From: an uncultured Clostridia bacterium
GTDB lineage: Bacteria; Bacillota; Clostridia; TANB77; CAG-508
Reading direction: 5' to 3'
Assembly: GCA_944388035.1 (NCBI GenBank)
Contig: CALXHF010000008.1
Location: 2,927-66,926 of the forward strand
DNA: 64,000 nt
The notes under the pieces are model-generated. The model had not been told where the DNA came from, did not search any database, and saw only the letters and a list, made by a program, of their open reading frames with translations. The translations under genes were made by a program, and so were the position numbers. Position 1 is the first letter of the stretch. Each line of letters opens with the position of its first letter. Below are positions 44,159 through 53,926 of the stretch, piece by piece.

Positions 44159-44716
44159 ATGAAAATTGAAAGTAAAAGACTTATTTTAAGAAATTGGGAA
44201 GATAGCGATGTAAAAGATATAGTAGAAGGATTAAATAATATAGAGGTTGCAAAATGGATGGCTAGTGTTCCTTATCCATATACTGAAAATGATGCTAAAA
44301 AATTTATAGAATATGCGAAAAGCCAAGATGAAAATGTTAAAATTTCATTAGCAATAGTATTAAAATCTAGTAATAAAGTTATTGGAGGTACAGAAATTAG
44401 AAATATTAATAAAAAAGATGGAACTTGCGGTGGTGGAATATGGCTTAATGAAAAATACCAAAAGAATGGTTATGGTACAGAGGCTTTCAGTAGCAGAAAT
44501 AGATATTGCTTTGATATTTTAGGATTAAGAAGAATTGAAAACGGATATTTTAAAGGAAATGATAAATCTCATAATATGCAATTAAAGCTTGGCTATAAAG
44601 ATGAGGGAGTAAGAAGAAAAAAATATTTTTGCTTAGCAACAAATGAATATGTAGATGAATGTGTAACAGGATTGTTGAAAGAAGAATTTATAGAATGGAG
44701 TGATAAGAATGTATAA
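44159..44716 (+). CDS. RimJ/RimL-type GNAT acetyltransferase
   Basis: ESKRLILR, YQKNGYGTEA. Confidence 0.88.
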   Translation: MKIESKRLILRNWEDSDVKDIVEGLNNIEVAKWMASVPYPYTENDAKKFIEYAKSQDENVKISLAIVLKSSNKVIGGTEIRNINKKDGTCGGGIWLNEKYQKNGYGTEAFSSRNRYCFDILGLRRIENGYFKGNDKSHNMQLKLGYKDEGVRRKKYFCLATNEYVDECVTGLLKEEFIEWSDKNV

Positions 44717-45581
44717 GAAAATAGAACCCAATAATTCAATTTTTGAAATTGCAGAATTTCAAGAGGATAAATATAAGTTTAATATTGTATCAAAAATTTT
44801 AGCAGGAGATGAAATATTATTATATAGTGATGAAGAAAATTATTTTTTTGCAAGAAATAAAGTAGGAATGCCAACATGGATTTGGACAAAAGATGGATTA
44901 GAAGATAGACGAATACTTGAGGAAACAAAAGAAGTTATAAGTAAATATTTAACTAATTTGGAATATGATCAATTTACTTGCAAAAAAGAATATTATGATT
45001 TTTTAACACAAAGTGGTTATGATAAACTTAACAAAGAAGACTATTTTGAATTAGGATTTTTATCTTGTGATAAAGTAAAAAGTGTAAAGTCAGTAGATGG
45101 AAATATGGTTTTATGTACAAATAAAGAAGATAAAGAACTATTAACTCTTTTTATTAAGTTTGTAGAATTTGCTAATAAAACTTTAAAAAGTATAAAAGAA
45201 GATTCTTTAGAAGAATTAACAGAAGAAATGGGGAGACAAATAGACCAAAAACGATTATTTTGTTGGAAAAATAAAGATGGCAAAATAGTTTGTATTGCTA
45301 ACTTTCAAGTATTAGGAGATACTGCAAGAATAGGACATGTTTTCACATTAGAAGAAGAACGAGGAAAATCTTATGCAACTAATTTAATCCATGATTTAAC
45401 AGAGAAATTATTAAATAGGGGATTACAACCACTACTATATACAGATTATAGTTATCCAGCATCTAATAAAGCATATATTAATGCTGGGTATGAAGATAAA
45501 GGTATATTAATTAATTTTAGCTGTAGTAGAGAAAAAAGAAAACTGAAAAATGAAATAGAGATAAATTATGATAACAAATAG
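44709..45581 (+). CDS. GNAT (FR47-like) acetyltransferase
   Basis: VFTLEEERGKSYA...LYTD..YPASNKAY. Confidence 0.82.
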   Translation: MYKKIEPNNSIFEIAEFQEDKYKFNIVSKILAGDEILLYSDEENYFFARNKVGMPTWIWTKDGLEDRRILEETKEVISKYLTNLEYDQFTCKKEYYDFLTQSGYDKLNKEDYFELGFLSCDKVKSVKSVDGNMVLCTNKEDKELLTLFIKFVEFANKTLKSIKEDSLEELTEEMGRQIDQKRLFCWKNKDGKIVCIANFQVLGDTARIGHVFTLEEERGKSYATNLIHDLTEKLLNRGLQPLLYTDYSYPASNKAYINAGYEDKGILINFSCSREKRKLKNEIEINYDNK

Positions 45582-45652
45582 TTTAGATGATAAATCAATG
45601 GTACAAAGAGAATTAAACAGTTAAAAACTAGATGTGTAATAACATCTAGTTT

Positions 45653-46834
45653 TTATAGTTCCCTATCCCATTCTTTTTCTCTTTCTTCTTTAGTTATTTG
45701 TTTTACTGGATCTATAAAAGTATTAGTTTCTTTTTCAAAGTTTCGAATAAGCTCTTTTGATTCTCCAAAATTAAATTTATTACAAATCCATTCAATGAAT
45801 TTTTCAATGGCAGTATAGAATCTATCAATTATTTTGTAAAGCCTATTATTTTCCTTTTCTAACTTGTTATATTTATTTTCATATTCCCATTCAAGAGTAG
45901 AGGATTTTTTCTTATATTCATTTTCTAAATTGTCTACTTTATTATGCAAAGCTCTATTATCAGCAATTATAGAATCACGTTCTTTTTGATATTTAGTAGC
46001 TTCATTTACAATTTTAGATTGTTTTGAAAGCTCCTTTTTTAGTGATTTATTTTCAATAGCTAATTCTTTTATTGTTTCTTCTTTTGGTTTTATAACATCA
46101 TTTAAAATTTTCTCATTTTTATTGAACATAAATTTTTTCAAATCTTTTATATCTGTTTCTTTAGGAATATCATAGGTAATACTTTCAACTAGCTTTTTAG
46201 TATTCTCAAAGTTAGTTAATTTTTTATATTCAGCTAAATCTATGTGTTTTCTATTAGTTTCTTCTTTTGATAATCCTCTTTCTAATTCAAAATTATGTGA
46301 TATCATATATTCATAAAAAGCATTTTGTAGTTGTCTATAACTATCTTTTTCTTTCCAAAACTCGCTACAAGCTAGTTTATCTATATTATTGCCTTTTTTA
46401 TCGGTGGTATGAACAACAGGTAAAAAAACAAGGTGCATATGTGGACTTTCTTCATCCATATGCACCTGTGCAGACATTATATATTTTTCACTTAAGTTTT
46501 TATATTCAGATACAAACTTATATGCTATTTTAAAATATCGTTTTGTTTCTTCTTCTCCAATTTTATCAAAAAAATCTTTATCTGATGTGATAATATATTC
46601 ACAAGCAATATTGCTAACTGTTTTTATTTGTCCTTTTAAATCATATTCTTTCCTCAGCCTGTCAAATTCTTTCTCATAACTATACATAGGTTGTTTTAAT
46701 GAGTAATTCAAATAAGTTTTTTCTTTATCAATATTTTTGTTAGAATAATTATAATTTCTTCTTTCATTGTGCCTATATATTCCTTTTAGATTATCTCTTT
46801 TATATTTCACATTTCTTATAATAGCATAACTCAT
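45653..46834 (-). CDS. mobV: MobV/Pre relaxase (plasmid recombination enzyme)
   Basis: MSYAIIR, HNER, VHMDEESPHMH; GGAGGT SD before ATG 46834. Confidence 0.92.
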   Translation of the reverse strand: MSYAIIRNVKYKRDNLKGIYRHNERRNYNYSNKNIDKEKTYLNYSLKQPMYSYEKEFDRLRKEYDLKGQIKTVSNIACEYIITSDKDFFDKIGEEETKRYFKIAYKFVSEYKNLSEKYIMSAQVHMDEESPHMHLVFLPVVHTTDKKGNNIDKLACSEFWKEKDSYRQLQNAFYEYMISHNFELERGLSKEETNRKHIDLAEYKKLTNFENTKKLVESITYDIPKETDIKDLKKFMFNKNEKILNDVIKPKEETIKELAIENKSLKKELSKQSKIVNEATKYQKERDSIIADNRALHNKVDNLENEYKKKSSTLEWEYENKYNKLEKENNRLYKIIDRFYTAIEKFIEWICNKFNFGESKELIRNFEKETNTFIDPVKQITKEEREKEWDREL

Positions 46835-46952
46835 CTTTATATGCACCTCCTTTGATGTATTTTTTAGCATAGCTTTGCAGGAGGCGTTAGCCTTCCTGTA
46901 AGAACAAATACTGGTATTGCAATAGTGCGAGCTTAGCAAATTCTTTGAAGTA

Positions 46953-46980
46953 TTGTAACACACTACAACACTTTTATAGC
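46953..46980 (-). other. pMV158-type oriT (nic site)
   Basis: Minus strand TTGTAGTGTG/TTACAA hairpin matches the MOBV nic motif TAGTGTG/TTA; upstream of mobV. Confidence 0.7.
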
Positions 46981-47275
46981 CTATTGGCAAAAAGTGTTAG
47001 TGTGGCAGGGATACCCTACAACCCCAAAACACAAATTTCGTGTATCACTCAATTTATGTTTTAGCAAAAATTTGCTATCACAATTTTTTGCATGTAGAGA
47101 AAAAATTTATTTTTCCTCTACATAGAAAAAGCAGTTCTGCTTTTTCTAATTCACTTCATTTTATATTGGCAAATAAATCGATTTAATGAAGTGAATAAGG
47201 TAGTTATATTCTTTTTATAATAAAATCGAATATAACTACCTTTTAAGCAGAATCTGATTTGCTATATTTTAATAG

Positions 47276-47644
47276 CTATCTATATATTAATTCTTTAAAT
47301 ATAATTTCTTCTGCTCTATTTTTTATATTATTCATAGCTTGTACCCACTCAAGTTGATTTGTTGCTTTTAACTCTTCGTTTATTCTTTCTTGCTTTGCTA
47401 GTTTCTTTACAATATCTGAAACCATTTTAGTAGCAACTTCATCAACATCTGATAAATGATTTGCAAGTTGTCCAATCATTATTAATTCAGTATAAAATCC
47501 TCTTTTGTGTTCTTTAAGATATTTAAGTCTTAAATGTCCATACTTTCCAATATGATAGTTTTTATTATCATTTTCAATTGTTAAATCAGGTATTAAATAA
47601 TCTCCTTCTTTGTGATAAATTATATTATTTCTCATAAAATTCAT
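47276..47644 (-). CDS. TnpV-like protein
   Basis: GDYLIPDL, IGKYG.LR..YLKEH, LKA.NQLEWV..MNNI. Confidence 0.85.
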   Translation of the reverse strand: MNFMRNNIIYHKEGDYLIPDLTIENDNKNYHIGKYGHLRLKYLKEHKRGFYTELIMIGQLANHLSDVDEVATKMVSDIVKKLAKQERINEELKATNQLEWVQAMNNIKNRAEEIIFKELIYR

Positions 47645-48207
47645 TCTCCTTTCGGTATATTACAGTATAAAGATTCAAGTTCTTCTGCAGTGTATTTTCT
47701 TTGTTCATAATTCCATCCACTTTTTTCTGGGAATTTCTTTTTACTATAATTATTTTTATTATATTTATTATTACTATATCGTACATTCTCCGATTCATGA
47801 ATCGTATTTTCTCCGTTTCTTGAATCGGACATTATACGATTCATAGTTTTTTCAACACTTTGGTGGACTATTTTTCCAACATATATAATATTGTGCTTTT
47901 TAAATCCACTTCTTATTTCATATATAAGTTTTGCTTCTTCAAGCTTTTTAAAAGCTTTCGATACAGGTTTATCAGAAAGCTTTAACATCTTTTGTGCTTC
48001 TTTTCTTGAGTAAATAAGATATATATTTCCATATTTATCAATCCATTTATTTTTCATAGATACAGATAATCTATCTAGCAATAGTCCATATAGTAAAATA
48101 CTATTAGAATCTAGATTATTGTAAGCTGGGTTTGTAAATAATTCTTTTGGAATTTGATAAAAGACATTTTCTAAAACCTCATTTACTTTATAAGGTATAA
48201 AATCCAT
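47641..48207 (-). CDS. RepA_N replication initiator
   Basis: FYQIPKELF, LYGLLLDR..S.KN.WID..G.IY. Confidence 0.88.
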   Translation of the reverse strand: MDFIPYKVNEVLENVFYQIPKELFTNPAYNNLDSNSILLYGLLLDRLSVSMKNKWIDKYGNIYLIYSRKEAQKMLKLSDKPVSKAFKKLEEAKLIYEIRSGFKKHNIIYVGKIVHQSVEKTMNRIMSDSRNGENTIHESENVRYSNNKYNKNNYSKKKFPEKSGWNYEQRKYTAEELESLYCNIPKGE

Positions 48208-48233
48208 AACAATAGTTTTCCTTTCTTTAAAAA

Positions 48234-48345
48234 TTTTGCGGAATAAGGATTTTTGCTGATATATCAAGGAAAACTAACTTTGCGGAATTTTTTTGTTCCG
48301 CAAAATTATAAAAAATTAAGTTGCGGAATTTTTTGCGGAATAAAA
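48234..48345. repeat. Five TTGCGGAA copies (four direct, one inverted): arm sites and/or iterons
   Basis: Seen directly between rep and the tRNA-side att site. Confidence 0.75.
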
Positions 48346-48487
48346 TATTCAAATTTTTCAGCATTTTTTAGAATTTTTCAAGAATATAAAAAATATGCTA
48401 GTTCCTAATTTCCTTAGAAAATAGCATTTTTGAATGTTTTTGAATTTTTATAAATTTTCTCGACTTTTTGCAAAAATTGCAAAAAAA

Positions 48488-48563
48488 TGGTCGAGGCGAC
48501 AGGGTTCGAACCTGCGACCTCATGGTCCCAAACCACGCGCGCTACCAACTGCGCTACGCCTCG
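48488..48563 (-). tRNA. tRNA-Pro (anticodon UGG)
   Basis: Cloverleaf, anticodon loop TT-TGG-GA, GTTCGAA T-loop, CCA end. Confidence 0.97.
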
Positions 48564-48723
48564 ATTTCTTATTGCTCTATTTTTTATAGAGTATTTTATT
48601 TGCTCAACGCTTATATATCATAACACATTTTTTCTATGTTTGCAATATTTTTTAATAAATTTTCTTAAAAATATTGAAAAACTTGACTTTTTACTATATA
48701 ATAATAGAGTATCTGTTTTATTT

Positions 48724-48800
48724 GCGTCTGTAGTTTAGCTGGATAAAATGCGAGCCTACGAAGTTCGAGACCGGGGGTTCGAGTCCCTCCAGGCGCACCA
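48724..48800 (+). tRNA. tRNA-Arg (anticodon ACG)
   Basis: Acceptor GCGTCTG/CAGGCGC, loop CT-ACG-AA, GTTCGAG T-loop, CCA end. Confidence 0.95.
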
Positions 48801-48852
48801 ATAAAATTGGAATTTTAGAATAAAATAGATAAAAATAAGATAAAATATATAA

Positions 48853-49050
48853 AATGCGTTAGTACAATACAAAGCTTTTAGAAGTTACTTAAAAGAGAAC
48901 AAAGGTCGTGGCTGTAAGCCTTTGAAGGTCAACCTAAAATGTAAAACATATTGGAGCATATCAAATAAAGTGGAAAATCTAGAATTTTCAAGCTGGGTGG
49001 CACCGCGGAAAAGTAATTTCGTCCCTGCAAAATACGCAGGGACTTTTTGT
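48853..49050 (+). promoter_or_regulatory. T-box riboswitch upstream of aspS, probable AAC (Asn) specifier
   Basis: AGAGA and GCTG boxes, GGGTGGCACCGCG T-box, terminator GTCCCTGC...GCAGGGAC-T5. Confidence 0.88.
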
Positions 49051-49078
49051 ATCCTTGCAAAATTAAGGAGGTTTATAT

Positions 49079-50839
49079 ATGTCAGAGTACAAAAAAGTAA
49101 AATGTAATGAACTTCGTTTAGAAAATGAAGGAGAAAAAGTAGAAATCTTTGGTTGGGTAGAAACAATTAGAGATTTAGGTGGTTTAGTCTTTTTAGACAT
49201 TAGAGATATGTATGGAATAACACAAATTGTTACATCAGGTAAAGATGAAGATGTAGACTTTGCATCACATATTCCTGTAGAGTCTGCAGTTAGTGTTTGT
49301 GGAACTGTAAAAAAACGTGATGAAGAAACTATTAACCATAAATTAGAAACAGGTTTAGTTGAAATTAAAATTGAAGAAATTAAAATTTTAGGAAAAAGAA
49401 CTTTAAGTTTACCTTTTGAGATTAATAGCAATCAAGACATAAGAGAAGACTTAAGACTACAATATAGATATTTAGACTTACGTTCTGAAAAACTAAAAAA
49501 TAATTTAATATTACGTGCAAAATTTATACAATTTTTAAGAAGTCAAATGGTAGAAAGAAATTATTTAGAAGTACAAACACCAATACTTACAAGTTCTTCT
49601 CCAGAAGGTGCAAGAGACTACCTAGTTCCAAGTAGACTTCATCCAGAAAAATTTTATGCTTTACCACAAGCACCTCAACAATTTAAACAATTGTTAATGG
49701 TTTCTGGAATTGATAAATATTTCCAAATAGCACCTTGTTTTAGAGATGAAGACTCTAGGGCTGATAGGACTCCGGGAGAATTCTATCAATTAGATATGGA
49801 AATGAGTTTTGCTAGCCAAGAAGATGTTTTAACCAGTATAGAACCTGTAATATATAATGCTTTTAAACAATTTTCTGATAAAAAAATTAATATGTACCCA
49901 TTTCCAAGGTTAAAATATGAAGATGTTATGCTTAAATATGGAACAGATAAACCAGATTTAAGAAACCCATTAGAAATTGTAGATGTTTCTGATATTTTTG
50001 CAAATCTAGAATTAAGAGCATTTAAAAATATGGTTGTACGTGTAATTGCAACACATGATGTTGGGGACAAACCTAGAAGCTTTTTTGAAGATATGACTGA
50101 TTTTGCAATCAAAGAATTAAAAGCAAAAGGGTTAGCTTGGCTTAGAATTTTAGATGATGGTTCTTTCCAAGGTCCTATTGCTAAATTTATTACAGATGAA
50201 GCAAGAATTGAAATGCAAAAAAGAACTAATTCAAAACCAGGAGATTGTATCTTCTTTGTTGCAGAAGTTCCAGGTATTGTAGAAAAGCTAGCAGGACAAG
50301 TAAGAGATGAATTAGGTAAAAGGTTAGATTTAATAGATAATAATAAATTTGAATTTTGCTGGATAGTTGATTTTCCTATGTTTGAAGATAATGACGGAAA
50401 ACTTGAATTTAGCCACAACCCATTTTCTATGCCACAAGGTGGTTTAGAAGCTCTAGAAAACAAAGACCCATTAGAAATTCTTGCATATCAATATGATATG
50501 GTATGTAATGGTGTAGAAATTGCATCAGGAGCCGTTAGAAATCATAATATAGAAATAATGCTTAAAGCTTTCTCTATGGCAGGTTATACTAAAGAAGAAG
50601 TTAAATCTAAATTTGGCGCTTTATATACAGCTTTCCAATATGGTGTTCCACCACACGCTGGAATTGCATATGGCGTTGATAGACTTATAATGCTTTTAGC
50701 AGAAACAGAATCTATTAGAGATGTAATTGCTTTCCCACTAAACAGCAAAGCACAAGATTTAATGATGGGAGCTCCAAGTAATATTAAAATGGACTTATTG
50801 AGAGATGTTCATATAAGAACAATTCCTCAAAATAAATAA
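49079..50839 (+). CDS. aspS: Aspartyl-tRNA synthetase
   Basis: RDLGGLVF, PEGARDYLVP, FRDED, PPHAGIAYGVDR. Confidence 0.97.
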   Translation: MSEYKKVKCNELRLENEGEKVEIFGWVETIRDLGGLVFLDIRDMYGITQIVTSGKDEDVDFASHIPVESAVSVCGTVKKRDEETINHKLETGLVEIKIEEIKILGKRTLSLPFEINSNQDIREDLRLQYRYLDLRSEKLKNNLILRAKFIQFLRSQMVERNYLEVQTPILTSSSPEGARDYLVPSRLHPEKFYALPQAPQQFKQLLMVSGIDKYFQIAPCFRDEDSRADRTPGEFYQLDMEMSFASQEDVLTSIEPVIYNAFKQFSDKKINMYPFPRLKYEDVMLKYGTDKPDLRNPLEIVDVSDIFANLELRAFKNMVVRVIATHDVGDKPRSFFEDMTDFAIKELKAKGLAWLRILDDGSFQGPIAKFITDEARIEMQKRTNSKPGDCIFFVAEVPGIVEKLAGQVRDELGKRLDLIDNNKFEFCWIVDFPMFEDNDGKLEFSHNPFSMPQGGLEALENKDPLEILAYQYDMVCNGVEIASGAVRNHNIEIMLKAFSMAGYTKEEVKSKFGALYTAFQYGVPPHAGIAYGVDRLIMLLAETESIRDVIAFPLNSKAQDLMMGAPSNIKMDLLRDVHIRTIPQNK

Positions 50840-50907
50840 GATAAAAGAACCAAACTACAAAATCTAATTTTAAGTTTGGTTCTTTTTAAACTATTCTTTT
50901 TTAGTTT

Positions 50908-52053
50908 TTATTTTTTCCCCAATCTTAATTTTATTTCTTTTGTTATTTTATTTCTACTCACTTTAAGAGTTACTTCATCATTTGGTTTTTTAGTATAAAT
51001 ATATTCTCTTAAATCGTTCATAGTGTTTAATTCTTTGTCATCAATAGATATAATAATATCTCCTTCTTTCAAATCAGAATTACTAGCAGGTCCATTTTTT
51101 GTTATTTGTGCTACATATATACCAGTATCAAAACTTGTATTGCTTTTATTGGTATTTGTAGAATTTAGATATGGTATAACCTCTCTATCATAGGCATATA
51201 TTCCAATTGTAGCTTCGTCAAATGTAGCAGTATTTTTAAAACTATCAATTATTGGCTTTATTATATTAATTGGAATTGCAAAACCAATTCCTTCTGCAGA
51301 CGTGATTTTAACAGTATTGATTCCAATAACATCTCCATTTGGATAAATTAAAGGTCCTCCACTATTACCAGGGTTTATTGTAGCATCTGTTTGTAATAAA
51401 TCAGTCATATAAGATACTTTTCCTTCTTCTTCTAATTTTATAGTTCTGTTTTTAGCACTTATAATACCAGAAGTTACTGTCCTTCTAAACTCAAAACCAA
51501 TAGGATTACCAATTGCATAAACAGTTTCCCCTACTCTTACATTTTTTGAATCTCCTAAATTCACATATGGAAGATTTTTAGCATTAACCTTTACAATAGA
51601 TAAATCTAAATCAGAATCAGCCCAAACCACAGTCCCCTCATAATTATTACCTGTTTCTAAAGTAATATAACATTTACTATATTTCTCACCAGTAACATGG
51701 CTATTACTTACAATGTAGCCATCTTGAGACACAATAAAACCTGTACCTAAACCCAAATCATCTTCCTCATTATTAGAAAAAATACTACTACCTGCACTTT
51801 TTAGTTTAGAAATTCCAACAACCTTTTTAGTTGTATCTTCAATTACATCTGCGATTATTTTGCTATTTTCTTCAGCATTTTCCACAGTTTGTTCAGTGTT
51901 TGTGGATAACTGTCTTTCAGCAGTATAATTATTTGGAGTTATTTCTATATTTTGATATGTAGTATATAAATAAAAACCAAACACCCATATAAAAATAAAA
52001 AAAACAGAAATAATAATTATTTTTCTAGAGTTATTTTTCTTACTTCTTCTCAA
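50908..52053 (-). CDS. htrA: HtrA/DegP serine protease with PDZ domain
   Basis: NSHV, DLS, QTDATINPGNSGGPL. Confidence 0.92.
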   Translation of the reverse strand: MRRSKKNNSRKIIIISVFFIFIWVFGFYLYTTYQNIEITPNNYTAERQLSTNTEQTVENAEENSKIIADVIEDTTKKVVGISKLKSAGSSIFSNNEEDDLGLGTGFIVSQDGYIVSNSHVTGEKYSKCYITLETGNNYEGTVVWADSDLDLSIVKVNAKNLPYVNLGDSKNVRVGETVYAIGNPIGFEFRRTVTSGIISAKNRTIKLEEEGKVSYMTDLLQTDATINPGNSGGPLIYPNGDVIGINTVKITSAEGIGFAIPINIIKPIIDSFKNTATFDEATIGIYAYDREVIPYLNSTNTNKSNTSFDTGIYVAQITKNGPASNSDLKEGDIIISIDDKELNTMNDLREYIYTKKPNDEVTLKVSRNKITKEIKLRLGKK

Positions 52054-52111
52054 ATAACTTCACCTCAAAAATATTATTTCCATTTTTTCAAAAAATATCC
52101 ATTTTCGCCCT

Positions 52112-53831
52112 TTATTTAACCATATATCTTTTTATTTTATGTGTTGTTGTTTTTACAAATTCTTCTGTTGTTATTTCTATTTTCTTTATGTGTTTAAAGT
52201 CTGGTAATTTTTTATTTATTTCTTTTATTCCTTCCCATATTTTCTCTTTATATTCTTCTTCTGTTTTTTCTCCTAATTCGTGTTTTATTAAATCTTCATC
52301 ATAAACTATTTTTGCACATAACATTGTGTCTGTTTTATCTTTTCCTCTTTGATATACTATACTTTCTTTTATATATGGTATTTTATTTATCAATGTTTCT
52401 ATTTCTTCTGGATATACATTTTTTCCGTTTTTTAATACTATTATATCTTTTTTTCTTCCTGTTACATATAAAAATTCGTCTTTATCTAAATAACCATAAT
52501 CTCCTGTTTTAAAATATCCGTCCTCAAAAGCTTCTTTCGTTGCTTTTTCATTTTCATAATATCCGTAGCATTACACTTGGTCCTTTGACAAGTATTTCTC
52601 CTATTCCATCTTCATCTTTATCAACTATTTTTACACTTAAGTCATCAAATACTAAACCTACTGAACCTGGTCTTTTTTCTTTTTCTGTTTCTGCTGATAT
52701 TACTGGTGATGTTTCTGTTAGTCCATATCCTTGTACTAATTCTATTCCCATATTGTTAAATGCTACTATTGTTTCTTTATTCATTGGTGCTGCTCCATAT
52801 AGCACAAGTCTTAAGTTTCCACCAAAATTATCTAATATTTGTTTAAAAAATACTTTTCTCAAATCTATATGTATTTTTAATAACCCATTTGATATTTTTG
52901 TTATTGTTTTGATTAATTTTTCCTTCTTTTGTTCTTTTATTCCTTTTTGTATTTTTTTATACATTGTTTCTAATACTAGTGGTACTGCTACTAATATTGA
53001 TACTTTATATTCTTTCATATTTTTTTGTATATGTTTTAGCCCATCACAAAATGCTACTGTTGCTCCACTATACATACCATATAAAAATGTTATTGTACAC
53101 TCAAATGTATGGTGTATTGGTAAAAATGATAATAATGTATCTTTTTCATATATTTTTAACCAAGATGAAAAGTCTGATAAGTTACTACATATATTTTTTT
53201 GTGATAACATTACACCTTTTGGAGTACTTGTTGTTCCTGATGTGAACAATAATATTGACATTTTATTTTCGTCTATTTTTACATCTTCATATTTTGTACT
53301 TCCTTTTTCTAATAATGAATATCCTGTTTTTAAAAGTTCACTATATTTTTCTATTTCTAGATTTTCTTCATTATCCATTGATATTAATGTATTTACTTTT
53401 GTTTTTTCGTCTTTTTTTAATTTTAGCATTACTTCCGTATATTTTTTATCAAAAAATACAACTTCTGCACCGCTTCTTGTTACTAAATTTTCTATTTCAT
53501 TTTCTGGTAATGCTTTATCTATTGGAACTATTACCATATTGCTTGTTGCAACTGCCATATATGTTGTACACCACTCATACCTATTGTTTCCAATTACTAC
53601 TATTTTCTTTCCTTCGTATCCTAATTCTAACAGACTTGTTCCTAATGCTTTTACATCTGATACATATTCTCCATATGTTTTTTCTACATATTCGGGTTCT
53701 TTTTTAGTTGCATCTTTTTTATATTTATATGCAACATTATCTTTAAATTTTGTATTAACCCTTTCTAACAATTCCCTAAAATTATTAACTGCTTCTTTTT
53801 CATATACTGCTCTTGGTCTTGTTCCTTCCAT
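52112..53831 (-). CDS. Long-chain acyl-CoA synthetase, split by a +1 frameshift at CTA-CGG-A (CGG 52563-52565); joined product 572 aa
   Basis: FTSGTT..PKG and QGYGLTE; after skipping C the frame reads GPSVMLGYYENEKAT...FKTGDYG...GRKKDIIVLKNGKNVYPEEIE. Confidence 0.92.
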
Positions 53832-53926
53832 ATTACCACTTCCTTTGCTTGCATTTTATACCAACTTTCTACTTTTTGCAACAAAAAAATATAAATAAGA
53901 AAAAGCACTTATTTATATTTTGGAAA

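Larger units (their letters stand above)
34614..48499. mobile_element. Integrative mobilisable element inserted at the tRNA-Pro 3' end
   Basis: att direct repeat TGGTCGAGG(T/C)GA at 34614-34625 and 48488-48499; integrase, Xis, MobV, RepA_N and TnpV-like genes inside. Confidence 0.88.

Noticed and set aside
46835-46990. N-terminal extension of MobV in the ORF track
   Set aside because: Overlaps oriT; SD and family start MSYAIIR are at 46834
48234-48345. Short repeats as a CRISPR array
   Set aside because: Units of about 9 bp, irregular spacing, mixed orientation, no cas genes
48487-48738. 83-aa ORF MVEATGFEPATSWSQT
   Set aside because: Antisense translation of tRNA-Pro
52540-53898. 452-aa plus-strand ORF and similar shadow ORFs (25093..25743, 27376..27981, 49786..50463)
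   Set aside because: Antisense shadows of well-supported genes, with no motifs
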